Position numbers and translations under genes: made by a program. From the IMG/VR virus record IMGVR_UViG_3300035698_025300: a stretch of 64,000 nucleotides of DNA, one strand, 5' to 3'. Below, piece after piece: positions 10,355-19,177 of the stretch. Numbering within the stretch: the stretch's first letter is position 1; every line of letters begins with the position of its first letter. The DNA comes from a virus. The notes beneath the pieces are model-generated. The model was not told the origin of the DNA. It saw only the letters and a list, made by a program, of their open reading frames with translations, and ran no database searches.

Positions 10355-10427
10355 TAGGCGATCCCGGATTCGGACCGGGGACCATCGCGGTGTAAACACG
10401 ACACTCTAGCCACTGAGTTAATCGCCT
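10355..10427 (-). tRNA. tRNA-Val(TAC)
   Basis: Cloverleaf, loop TTTACAC. Confidence 0.9.
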
Positions 10428-10625
10428 GTAAAGGATCATCGCATGACCTGCGGACCGAACGGCCGGCGGTAGTCGGTCATCTTAGCACAATCACGTTCTG
10501 CTAGGGAAATATCTCTATTTTTTGGCCAAAAGTAAAAGACATAATCACGGCAATAACTCCCATCATAGCAGTTACCTCATTGTAGCGACAATCGCTGTTG
10601 CCGAATACCCACTAAGCGTGGGCAG

Positions 10626-10699
10626 TGATCCTTGCTGGACTCGAACCAGCGGCCTTCTGTGCGTCGAGCAGATGCTCTTGCCATCTGAGCTAAAGGACC
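10626..10699 (-). tRNA. tRNA-Val(GAC)
   Basis: Cloverleaf, loop TCGACGC (C33, atypical). Confidence 0.8.
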
Positions 10700-10764
10700 A
10701 GTAATACTTACTATTTCATTATAGCAGACTGTTTGAGATTCTGCAAGTAAAAACAATTTCATAA

Positions 10765-10839
10765 TACCCCCAATAGGACTCGAACCTACATATGTCACAG
10801 GGTGTAGACCTGCCGCTAGACCAATTCAGCTATGGGAGT
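10765..10839 (-). tRNA. tRNA-Val(TAC), atypical
   Basis: Stem GCAGG/CCTGT, loop TCTACAC. Confidence 0.65.
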
Positions 10840-10876
10840 GTAATTAAATCTTACTGTATTTAAACCAGAAATAAAA

Positions 10877-10959
10877 TCCGGGCAGCAGGAATCGAACCTG
10901 CGTCAGAGCTATGCTCCCACGGTTATCAGCCGTGTGCCTAACCATTCGGCCACACCCGG
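10877..10959 (-). tRNA. tRNA-Ile(GAT) with long variable arm
   Basis: Loop CTGATAA; variable arm GGAGCATAGCTCTGAC. Confidence 0.8.
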
Positions 10960-11190
10960 TTATTCTTCTACATTAGAAAACATACAAGAGCTAAAAATAT
11001 ATCCAGAATGCTCTTCTAATTCAACTGAAGTATAAGAACAGTCAACTTCTATATTCTTAATAGTATATTCTCGACCTAAAACTAAAATTCTTTTAGCTAT
11101 TCTAATATTACCACTCCAATCTGCTGATGGATGAGTAAACCTGATCCTACTTCTTCTAGGAGTATAAATATCCATATACTGATCTTCCAT
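10960..11190 (-). CDS. hypothetical protein
   Basis: ORF with RBS. Confidence 0.6.
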   Translation of the reverse strand: MEDQYMDIYTPRRSRIRFTHPSADWSGNIRIAKRILVLGREYTIKNIEVDCSYTSVELEEHSGYIFSSCMFSNVEE

Positions 11191-11232
11191 ATTAATCTCC
11201 GAAAAGATTGTTGAACAAGTCTTTAGTTTCTT

Positions 11233-11394
11233 TTACCTTTCTTCAAATTCTGGAGGAGTTTGCTCTTTTTGCATTTTGTATGCTTCAGAACAATATTCGC
11301 ATCCCCTCCCTCCATTGCAGCAATTATTTCCACAATTACCCCATTTCACAAAAGGCTCTCTACAATGACCACAATAATCCCATTCATGTTTCAT
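11233..11394 (-). CDS. small Cys-rich hypothetical protein
   Basis: MKHEWDYCGHC...CC..C..C. Confidence 0.5.
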   Translation of the reverse strand: MKHEWDYCGHCREPFVKWGNCGNNCCNGGRGCEYCSEAYKMQKEQTPPEFEER

Positions 11395-11416
11395 GTTATT
11401 CCTCATCATAATCTTC

Positions 11417-11725
11417 TCATTTATCATAGTCATCGTAATAAAAATCAAGATTATATAAATCTATCAAAATTTCGCATGCTTCTTTTGGACCAAATTGGCA
11501 CAAAAGATACCTGTCAGGGCCGACTATATTAACCCCTGTTGATGGCCCGTCCATAGACAGCATGAATTTGCACCCGTCTTCCAGTTTTACAGGTTCCGAC
11601 TCCCTGTTTGGTCCATACACGGCAAATTTGCTACTTATCTCATATTCTTTTGTGCCGGTCAGCTTAGTAACAGTTGTCCCGTCTGGAATATCTTTAACCT
11701 TCAGCAATATTTTAACTTTTTCCAT
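11417..11725 (-). CDS. hypothetical protein
   Basis: ORF with RBS. Confidence 0.6.
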   Translation of the reverse strand: MEKVKILLKVKDIPDGTTVTKLTGTKEYEISSKFAVYGPNRESEPVKLEDGCKFMLSMDGPSTGVNIVGPDRYLLCQFGPKEACEILIDLYNLDFYYDDYDK

Positions 11726-11749
11726 CTTATACTCCTCATTTTTATTTCA

Positions 11750-11944
11750 TCATACTAGATCATTAAGGTCAACATGAAGTATTGAGCGAAGGTCATCTGG
11801 TAGCGTAACAATCGCGTAACTGTCCGTTTTTATTGCAGTTACATGAACACGACTTTGACTGTCATCAACTTTATCGCTCGGAACAAAGAACGAGTATTCC
11901 CCGGCTTGAGCTTTAACAATTACAGTAAGCTCATCGCTAAACAT
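11750..11944 (-). CDS. hypothetical protein
   Basis: ORF with RBS. Confidence 0.5.
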   Translation of the reverse strand: MFSDELTVIVKAQAGEYSFFVPSDKVDDSQSRVHVTAIKTDSYAIVTLPDDLRSILHVDLNDLV

Positions 11945-12028
11945 TCCTTTTTTTTACAGCACATTTAAGCCACTGTTTCATACTACTTCTCCAATATAAT
12001 TTTAAATTCCTTATGAGACTCTTATGTA

Positions 12029-12327
12029 TTACTGGCTATTTTCTTTTTTAAGCCGGTCTCTTAAATCCATAAGGAAAAATCCAAGGTAATTTTTACCGTT
12101 TCCAGAATTGGCTGGTGATACTCCCCAATATGTATCTCCCCACCAGTTTCCTTCTTCTAAAACTAAATCTCCGGTCGATAACAATTTCTTCCTTATGATT
12201 TAGCTGCCTGATAAGCATGTTCTGTGCTTGGGTGTTCAATTCCATCAAATTCTACAACAGTTGTTTCGCCCATCCAAAAGTTTGACAGAAAGCGGTACTC
12301 GCCCTCAAACTCTGATATTTTCTTCAT
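12029..12327 (-). pseudogene. NADAR (YbiA-like) family gene with internal deletion and frameshift
   Basis: N-terminal FLSNF...STEHAYQAAK, then in another frame IRKKLLSTGDLVLEEGNWWGDTYWGV...GKNYLGFFLMDLR; the usual central segment is missing. Confidence 0.75.
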
Positions 12328-12353
12328 TATTTTTCTCCTATTTTTCTTATTAA

Positions 12354-12426
12354 TGGAGCTACTGGGGGTCGAACCCAGAATCTCATCCGTGCAAAGGATG
12401 CGTCTTCCCATCAAGACCTTAGCCCC
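12354..12426 (-). tRNA. tRNA-Ala(TGC)
   Basis: G3-U70, loop TTTGCAC. Confidence 0.92.
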
Positions 12427-12429
12427 AAA

Positions 12430-12678
12430 CTATATATCAGAACCTATTCTATGTTTCCTGCTATAAGTCTGCCTTTTTGCCACTTCTTCTTGGCTTATTT
12501 GATCTTCTCCGACAAAAGTAACTTGCCATCCATTTTCCCATTTGTCGTTTTTTTTAATTTCAAGAAACTTATCTTGAATTGCAAACTTGGATGGAACCCA
12601 AGCAACATCGTGTAAAATTGTTCCATCTGCCTTTTTTAACTGCAACTTACATTGTTTGTAATATACTATTTTAGACAT
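12430..12678 (-). CDS. hypothetical protein
   Basis: Probable start MSKIVYY within the longer track ORF. Confidence 0.55.
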   Translation of the reverse strand: MSKIVYYKQCKLQLKKADGTILHDVAWVPSKFAIQDKFLEIKKNDKWENGWQVTFVGEDQISQEEVAKRQTYSRKHRIGSDI

Positions 12679-12877
12679 TTTTTCACCATTTAAAAAGGTT
12701 ATTACATTTTTAGTGATATAATAAATATATGAAAGAACCTTTTTGCCCTTATTTTCATCTATGTCACTTTGGTAACAGAGTTCGCAGTATGGAGCGCCCA
12801 TGCAGCATCTGTAAGCATCTAAAATTGCCAGACTTATTTTCTCCAAAAGGACAAAAAGACATAAAACGCAATGAAAA

Positions 12878-12948
12878 CACGCCCTAGAGGAATCGGACCC
12901 CTGCCTACTGGGTTGGAACCAGCCGCACTGCCACTATACTAAAGGCGT
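12878..12948 (-). tRNA. tRNA-Trp(CCA)
   Basis: Loop TTCCAAC, G73. Confidence 0.88.
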
Positions 12949-12990
12949 AAATTTAATCTTTTTCAAATGTCTGGAACAGAACTTTATAAA

Positions 12991-13062
12991 AGCCAGTATA
13001 GAGACTTGAACTCTACTCTCTTGTCTACCAAACAAGCGCATCGCCATCTATGCTTTACCGGC
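12991..13062 (-). tRNA. tRNA-Thr(GGT)
   Basis: Loop TTGGTAG. Confidence 0.88.
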
Positions 13063-13110
13063 ATTGTTGGTGTAATAGTCCATTATACGAAACCGTCAAA
13101 ACACATTCAA

Positions 13111-13183
13111 TCCGCTTACTAGGAATCGAACCTAGAGCCTTCTGGGTAAGAACCAGACACTCTACCAGTTGAGCTATAAGCGG
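13111..13183 (-). tRNA. tRNA-Lys(CTT)
   Basis: Loop TTCTTAC. Confidence 0.9.
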
Positions 13184-13579
13184 TCAATGCCAATGACTAA
13201 ATACCCACAAAGATATGTCATCAACAGTAATTTCTTTTTTAGATAAAACAGAAATCGATCCGTTAGGACCAAAAGCCAAATCCAGAGCGGCAGCGATACT
13301 CTCTCGAAGAGAGTAAAAATCGTAAACCCTTTCAAAATCAGTAGGTTCGAGGCCGCCAGAAGATTCATTCCATTTCTCTAAGATTTGTCCAGCAAAAACG
13401 TACTGTCCATTCATTCCGTCAAAGATTACGTTAATTCCGTTTTTGCCTTCGATATCTGTGTTATACGCGCTGTCAAAATATTCTTCACATTTCTCATATG
13501 CGTCTTCATTGTCATCTGCCATTTCTGGGTAGGGCAGCTTAACTCCCAGTATGGCATAGTTCATCAATTCTGTGCCCAT
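13184..13579 (-). CDS. hypothetical protein
   Basis: 131-aa ORF with RBS and an upstream TTGCAG-17-TATATT. Confidence 0.7.
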   Translation of the reverse strand: MGTELMNYAILGVKLPYPEMADDNEDAYEKCEEYFDSAYNTDIEGKNGINVIFDGMNGQYVFAGQILEKWNESSGGLEPTDFERVYDFYSLRESIAAALDLAFGPNGSISVLSKKEITVDDISLWVFSHWH

Positions 13580-13865
13580 AAAAATCTCCTCGTTCTGTAT
13601 TCGTATAATATAAAGTTATGCAGATTCACCTGCAAGACAGTCGTTTTTATTCAGCTATTGAGACCTTCTTTTTGTAGAGCCTTAAGAGCAAATTGGTATG
13701 CGGTATCTACCGCTCAGCCTTTTTGGAATAAAAGTCTTTGAGCATCTTTGGGGATTGATTCTCCACTTGTTGTGAATATAGCGAAAATACCAAAATCGTT
13801 CTCAGCAACATCGTAAATGTTATTTTCTTTACTCATTTTTTGCTCCTTATTGATATTTTTATCAA

Positions 13866-13938
13866 TAACCCCGCCGGGAATCGAACCCGGAGTCTTCCGA
13901 TTAAAGGTCGGATGCTTTGCCAATTAAGCTACGGAGTC
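13866..13938 (-). tRNA. tRNA-Lys(TTT)
   Basis: Loop CCTTTAA. Confidence 0.85.
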
Positions 13939-13946
13939 ACAAAATA

Positions 13947-14033
13947 TAGGCCGGACAGGATTCGAACCTGCGATGGTGCTTTCGCAACGCCAGATTAAAA
14001 ATCTGGTCCCTTCAGCCACTCGGACACCGGCCC
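13947..14033 (-). tRNA. tRNA with TTT (Lys) anticodon on a type II, Ser-like body
   Basis: D-arm TGTCCGAGTGGCTGAAGGGA, loop TTTTTAA, 18-nt variable arm, A73. Confidence 0.8.
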
Positions 14034-14256
14034 GTGTTTTAGTGAGTGTTGAAGGTTTACCTTGTTGATGAACATAACTCATCTCGTTTCTCCTTTTGTT
14101 ATTAAAACCTATCCATAAAAATACTCTGCCATTGCAACTTCATATGTTTCTCCATCAACCTCGATGGAATTATCTCGTTCTCTGCCAATTAAAATCATTT
14201 GCAATTTGGCTTGCTCTTTTGCTCTATTTTCTACTTTTTTCATTAATTCGTTTAAT

Positions 14257-14643
14257 TCAATTCTCATCCTTAGCCCCCTCTGGGAATATGTAGTCCATAG
14301 CCACTTTTTCTATGTCTTCTCCATTTCCTATTAAAGTATAATAAATTTCACCATTCTCGTCAAAAGTAGAAGAAATAAGATTATTTTTTTCCATTTCTCT
14401 TAATGCATATCCCATTAGGCGCATTTCTAGTTCTTCTGCCATATCTTCTTCTGTAGCTTCGTGATTTCCGTTATTCCAAAAATATACTAAAATTGAATTT
14501 CCAAAATCAACTACACAATCAGTATATGTTTTAAGGTCTTTAAAATCTTCTTTTTTGATTTCATATTCATAAATTGCTTTTAAGCATTCTTCGTATCTTT
14601 TCAGTGATATCTCTTCGTATGGACATTTTTCAACATTACTCAT
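14257..14643 (-). CDS. hypothetical protein
   Basis: 128-aa ORF, RBS, promoter TTGCAG-17-TATAAT upstream. Confidence 0.7.
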   Translation of the reverse strand: MSNVEKCPYEEISLKRYEECLKAIYEYEIKKEDFKDLKTYTDCVVDFGNSILVYFWNNGNHEATEEDMAEELEMRLMGYALREMEKNNLISSTFDENGEIYYTLIGNGEDIEKVAMDYIFPEGAKDEN

Positions 14644-14722
14644 TTATCAACTCCTATTATGAAAGTGTATTACATTATATAGCGAACATGTAAAAACTGC
14701 AATAATAGGACATACTTTATTA

Positions 14723-14794
14723 AGCCGGCTGCGGGAATCGAACCCGCTTATCTGGCTTACAAGACCAGCACATTACCATTTATGCTTAACCGGC
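14723..14794 (-). tRNA. tRNA-Thr(TGT)
   Basis: Loop CTTGTAA. Confidence 0.92.
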
Positions 14795-14805
14795 GTAAAT
14801 AAAAA

Positions 14806-15054
14806 TATCAATACTATAGCCAGGATTCTGTTATCAGCATACATTTATCTCTTTCTGCGTCAACAAAAAGGCAAGAAAACTTGCCGCCCTCGACCCGCCC
14901 ATTGTAGAACAGCTTACCATCTAGGACTGTTTGAGGTTGCATATCGGGTCAATTCCCTATACGTGGTCCAAGCGACTTACATCTCCCACATTAAAGCTAG
15001 ATATGTCCTGAGCTTCCTCTATCACGATCGTGACAGCGTATGCTCGCATTGATA
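14806..15054 (-). ncRNA. rnpB: compact RNase P RNA
   Basis: P1 TATCAATGC/GTATTGATA, P2 AGCATAC/GTATGCT, P3 hairpin, P4 GAGGAAGCTCAGG paired with 3' ACAGAATCCTGGCTATA, helix ATCTAG/CTAGAT. Confidence 0.85.
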
Positions 15055-15057
15055 CAA

Positions 15058-15132
15058 TGGCTAGAGCCGGATTTGAACCGGCGACACCCGCATTTTCAGT
15101 GCGGTGCTACTACCAGACTGAGCTATCTAGCC
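15058..15132 (-). tRNA. tRNA-Phe(GAA)
   Basis: Loop CTGAAAA. Confidence 0.92.
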
Positions 15133-15173
15133 GAAAAGTAAACAACTATTCTTTAAGAGTTTAGGATAAACAG

Positions 15174-15247
15174 TGGACCGCGCCGGGACTCGAACCCGGA
15201 ACCTTTTCCGTGCAAAGGAAACATTCTCCCAATTGAAATACGCGCCC
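15174..15247 (-). tRNA. tRNA-Ala(TGC)
   Basis: Loop TTTGCAC; one bulged base in the acceptor stem. Confidence 0.85.
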
Positions 15248-15255
15248 ATTTATAA

Positions 15256-15327
15256 TGGAGCCTCCCGGGATCGAACCAGGTCCTGTGGTACTTCGCACCA
15301 CCGCTTAACCTTTTAAGCTAAAGCTCC
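15256..15327 (-). tRNA. tRNA with GAA at the anticodon position (Phe?), atypical loop
   Basis: Stem GTGGT/ACCAC, loop GCGAAGT. Confidence 0.55.
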
Positions 15328-15384
15328 AAAACCTATATTTAATTTTCAATACATTTTTATAAATTTCTATCAAATTTATGCATT

Positions 15385-15419
15385 AAAAAAGCCTACCGAA
15401 CTCATTTGTGCGGTAGGCT
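15385..15419 (-). terminator. attenuator terminator 1
   Basis: AGCCTACCG...CGGTAGGCT followed by a T-run; homologous to the 20487-20521 hairpin. Confidence 0.85.
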
Positions 15420-15458
15420 CATAAAAAATAACGTAAAGCTCTAACGCACTTCCTCCGC

Positions 15459-16833
15459 CAAGCACACTTCGATGGGGCACCCGTAGACGAGAAAGAGGCA
15501 GTGCTTCCATATCGGGGATTTGAGAAATACCAGTACATAGCCTACAAGTTCGGGCGCATTGCCAGAAAGCTGAACTACGTCAACAAATAGGCGCTATGGC
15601 ATTCCGAACAGACCAGGCCTGCTTTGGTCTTTGGTCTTCGGCTTCTGTCCAGCATTCCCGCAATGGTCGATGTCGGCAGGATCGTAGTTTGTCCAAAGGA
15701 CCTCGGTACGCTTGCCTTTCGTGGCGTGGTTGGTGCGTTCAGCGCTCCGAGTCCTATACCACTGGCATTCGGGATACAACTCTTCCATCAGGTCGCAATC
15801 GTAGTTGGAGATGGCAACGTGACCCACCACTGTATTCAGGACTGCTGCAAGCGCCCGGTGTTCGTCATCTGTCATTTCGAAGCCATAGGCCTTCGTGTCG
15901 CCTCGGGTTGCGTGGATATATGGAGGATCACAGTAGAAAAGGGTATCGGGCGAATCATATAGGAGGATAACGTCAATGGCTGGACGGTTCTCTATCTGAA
16001 CACGAATCAAGCGTTCCGCGATCGCAGGCAGTTGGTCAACTCCTCCGAGCCAACGGCTGATTACACCACTCATGCCGCGGCGACTAGTGTTCTTGCAGTT
16101 CGCCCACCTGCCTATCGTGGCTGTCTGTGCCAGGCCTGTTCGGACTTGGCGAGCGCGAATATAGAAGCGCCTGGCTCGTTCCAGAGGAGGTACATCCGGG
16201 TCCAAGACACATGCACTGCCAAATTCCTCTCTCGAAAAGGGCGTGAGAGCGATGGCCTCGATTAGCTTGTCCTTCTCATCTCTGAGTACGCGGAAGAAAT
16301 TGCAGACTTCACCGTCCAAGTCGTTGTATGTTTCGATGCTGGCGGGAGGCCGATTCAGAAGTACGGCGGCCGACCCGGAGAACGGCTCGCAATAGTGATG
16401 GCATGGCGGCAGCAATGGAAGAAGCCAGTCTAAGTGGCTAAACTTCCCCCCATACCAGCCGAATGGGATCAGCTTCCGGCGTCCGAGCCGCTGTACGGGC
16501 GGGGCCAGCTTTCGTCCGTTCTTCTTTCTTTTCATTCCGTCCATGTGCAATTCCAAAAGGCAGTAAGTGATTTTCTAACTGTGCGTTACCGCCATTCCTA
16601 GGTGGTTAGGAAGTCGGTCCAGCAGTATTGATCAACTGTAACCCGTGCCAGCGGAAATTGCGAGGCTTTTCGTTACAGGCCCTACCAGATCGGACATCGG
16701 ACGAGCCCATTCCGCCGGGCGTCACGAGGCCTTGGAAGGCGTCTCCACTGGAGCCGCCGAGGCAACTCGGGATCGAAGGCCTTGGACCACTTCGCGCCAA
16801 CGCCTCTGGAGTTCCGTTTCGATGGAGCTCCGC
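15459..16833. mobile_element. 1375-bp GC-rich captured bacterial DNA segment flanked by a 6-bp direct repeat
   Basis: CTCCGC at 15453-15458 and 16828-16833; abrupt GC shift; truncated gene 3' ends at both sides. Confidence 0.8.
15594..16556 (-). CDS. DNA adenine methyltransferase (Dam/D12-class N6)
   Basis: FGWYGGK, YCEPFSGSAAV, YNDLD, FYCDPPY. Confidence 0.92.
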   Translation of the reverse strand: MELHMDGMKRKKNGRKLAPPVQRLGRRKLIPFGWYGGKFSHLDWLLPLLPPCHHYCEPFSGSAAVLLNRPPASIETYNDLDGEVCNFFRVLRDEKDKLIEAIALTPFSREEFGSACVLDPDVPPLERARRFYIRARQVRTGLAQTATIGRWANCKNTSRRGMSGVISRWLGGVDQLPAIAERLIRVQIENRPAIDVILLYDSPDTLFYCDPPYIHATRGDTKAYGFEMTDDEHRALAAVLNTVVGHVAISNYDCDLMEELYPECQWYRTRSAERTNHATKGKRTEVLWTNYDPADIDHCGNAGQKPKTKDQSRPGLFGMP

Positions 16834-16898
16834 TGTAAAGGCTTTAACCGCCCAAATAGTTTTAAAGAACATGTTGTTACGTGCGTTTTCCATGCTTC

Positions 16899-16927
16899 AT
16901 TATATGATACTCAAAACAGCAGTGCAA
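16899..16927 (-). promoter_or_regulatory. sigma70 promoter of leader 1
   Basis: TTGCAC-17-TATAAT with AT-rich upstream element. Confidence 0.8.
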
Positions 16928-17031
16928 CAACTTTTTTTTAAAAAATATTTCAGCTCAATCATAAAGGTTTTTACCCATATATTAAGTATTTATACTTTAG
17001 GCTACAATATTAATTAAGGGGTTTTCAATAT

Positions 17032-19092
17032 ATGTCCAATTTTAATAATTACAAAGGTTTTAAGATATTAGCAGGAACGCCAACAGGCGATGGTGGAAAA
17101 GCTTTAAATGAAAATTTCACCTACGCAGGAGATACGATAGAAGACGCAGGAGATACGATAGAAGAAAATAGTAATGACATCTTATCTCTAGAAAATAAAA
17201 GCACAATCAATTATTGGAGTTTTGACCTTTTGGGAGACTCAATATCAACTGTTAGCGGGAACCTGTGGTCTGGAACAATCACATATGGTAGCTGGGCAGA
17301 AATGGCTGCAATATTTTCAAACCAAAGGGTGCAGCTTGCTAATAGATTTGCTTCTGGCGGGTATAGCTCTCAAGAGATTATGAACAACTATTTATCTAGT
17401 GCTGTAGCTTCAGATTCTGATATGTGCGTCATCCACTGCGGGATTAATGATTGGGGGGATGGTATAGTTTCAACGACAACACTCCTTAATATTAGGACCA
17501 TGACAGATGCTCTAATAGCCGTTGGAAAAAAGGTCATTCTAACGACATTAATGCCAGATGGCTCGACGGCGGGACTGGACTCCAAGTGGCATGAATGGTA
17601 CCTGATTAACGAAGGAATAAGATCAATGGTACTAGAATATCCCGGTAAAGTTGTTTTAGCTGATTTCGCTAATGTTGTAATCGATATAGATGCAAATGTA
17701 AGTGGGCCGAGAGGAGATTCTATGGGTCATCCGTCCTGGAAGAGTGAATATAGTACCGACCTCGTACATCCAAAAGCTGGCCCAGCTACAAGAGAAATGG
17801 GTCGAGCACTATTAGAAGCCTTTGAGAGATTTTCTATTCCAAACGAGTATTTTTGGCTGGGCTCTACTGGGTCAATTAATGGTGTCCACAACCCGCTTTG
17901 TTTTGGAGAGGACGGGAGCTTGGCTGGAGGGGCGACCGGAACGGCTCCAGACTGGTGGAAATTTGAGGGGAATTCTGATTGGGTTTCGTATGTATCAGCC
18001 AGAACAGGAAACCAAAGCCGAAGCAATTGGTTCTCAGCAACTATGGACGCCACAGTTGCGCCGGCAAGCTTAACACAGCCTTCTATAAGACTCCAGGATG
18101 GCGTGTATAAAGTATACCTCGACATAGAAATACCAATAGGAGCAGAAGCCAATAACTCTGATAGCTATATCCAATTATTTTATCAAGACTCAGATGGAAG
18201 TCCAATTGAAGTTTATAACGCTAGATATTTTCAAAACGAGGCATTAATAGATTCCGAAAATGGATTTTCTGGAACGCTCAAAGGTAATGTAACCATCAAC
18301 AGCGGTGATACTAATGTTAAGTTACTTTTACTCATTTCTGGTATTTCTGATGTTTCTGTTTCTGGACTAAGATTCGAAACCGTCACAGATAGCTCTTCTG
18401 TTAGAAATGTATTAGATTTTGACGGGGCAGGATTCATCGGCACTGACCTGACTGTTCCTATTGTTTCGGGCGTTTTTCCGGCTACTACTGGATGGACGAT
18501 AGAAGCCTGGGTGAATGCGGTAGAAGCTAGAATAGAAAGCGGAATTGTTACAAATAAAATAAGAGGAATATGTAGCGGATGGCAAAATATATGTCCGTTT
18601 TTTGGGATTAATGAAAATAATTATTTTGAACTATCTGCTCACATAAATAATAATATCTTTAAAGACGATAGCTCAGTTCTTGCCCCAGATGGGTCTGGCT
18701 ACGGGTGGCATCATTACGCTGTTACAGTTTCAAATAATGGAGGGAATACTGATATTATATACTATTATGACGGGATAAAAATAGGATCAACTGTCACTAC
18801 GGCGGGAAACCTGACAAACAACTCCGCGTATGAAGGATTAAATTATATTGGGAAATCTGCTGGATCAGTTGGGATATTAGGGTCTATTGCGGGTTTTGGA
18901 ACACGCCCATCTCCAGCGACACCGGCGGAAATAGCTACGGCATACGCAGAAGGGCTAGGGACTTTGACAGATTATGACATGTACCTAAGATGCGATGACG
19001 GATCTGGAACTACTGTCACAGATTCAACGGTAAATGAAAATGATGTAACATTGCCAGCATCTGGAGCTGCTTGGGGAACTGACGTTGTTTGA
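17032..19092 (+). CDS. SGNH/GDSL hydrolase plus LamG-like domain protein, probable virion appendage
   Basis: GDSIS, CGINDW, D.VHP; C-terminal WTIEAWV...WHHYAVT LamG pattern. Confidence 0.75.
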   Translation: MSNFNNYKGFKILAGTPTGDGGKALNENFTYAGDTIEDAGDTIEENSNDILSLENKSTINYWSFDLLGDSISTVSGNLWSGTITYGSWAEMAAIFSNQRVQLANRFASGGYSSQEIMNNYLSSAVASDSDMCVIHCGINDWGDGIVSTTTLLNIRTMTDALIAVGKKVILTTLMPDGSTAGLDSKWHEWYLINEGIRSMVLEYPGKVVLADFANVVIDIDANVSGPRGDSMGHPSWKSEYSTDLVHPKAGPATREMGRALLEAFERFSIPNEYFWLGSTGSINGVHNPLCFGEDGSLAGGATGTAPDWWKFEGNSDWVSYVSARTGNQSRSNWFSATMDATVAPASLTQPSIRLQDGVYKVYLDIEIPIGAEANNSDSYIQLFYQDSDGSPIEVYNARYFQNEALIDSENGFSGTLKGNVTINSGDTNVKLLLLISGISDVSVSGLRFETVTDSSSVRNVLDFDGAGFIGTDLTVPIVSGVFPATTGWTIEAWVNAVEARIESGIVTNKIRGICSGWQNICPFFGINENNYFELSAHINNNIFKDDSSVLAPDGSGYGWHHYAVTVSNNGGNTDIIYYYDGIKIGSTVTTAGNLTNNSAYEGLNYIGKSAGSVGILGSIAGFGTRPSPATPAEIATAYAEGLGTLTDYDMYLRCDDGSGTTVTDSTVNENDVTLPASGAAWGTDVV

Positions 19093-19099
19093 GTTTTTA

Positions 19100-19173
19100 T
19101 ACCCGTACACGGATTCGAACCGAGATTAACAGCTTGAAGGGCTGTCGTCCTAAACCACTTAGACGATACGGGC
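19100..19173 (-). tRNA. tRNA-Glu(TTC)
   Basis: Loop CCTTCAA. Confidence 0.88.
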
Positions 19174-19177
19174 GTAT

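Larger units (their letters stand above)
15441..16893 (-). promoter_or_regulatory. leader peptide 1, interrupted by the island; reconstructed MENARNNMFFKTIWAVKAFTAEEVR
   Basis: 16893-16828 joined in frame to 15452-15441 after removing the island and one repeat copy. Confidence 0.8.

Noticed and set aside
10430-10625. HDV-like (theta) ribozyme after a tRNA 3' end
   Set aside because: No recognisable nested double pseudoknot or J4/2 catalytic motif by eye.
10765-10839. Possible amber suppressor (CTA appears in the loop) implying stop-codon recoding
   Set aside because: The stem register puts TAC at 34-36, and genes across the window are full-length in code 11, several ending in TAG or TGA.
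15596-16265. Plus-strand ORFs over the methyltransferase
   Set aside because: Antisense shadows typical of GC-rich coding DNA.
16606-16893. 95-aa ORF in the track
   Set aside because: Chimera of the first 22 leader-1 codons and an off-frame island sequence.
17125-17166. 21-nt tandem repeat (also the 27-nt repeat at ~6152-6205)
   Set aside because: In-frame two-copy coding duplications, not CRISPR. No repeat-spacer array was seen anywhere in the window.
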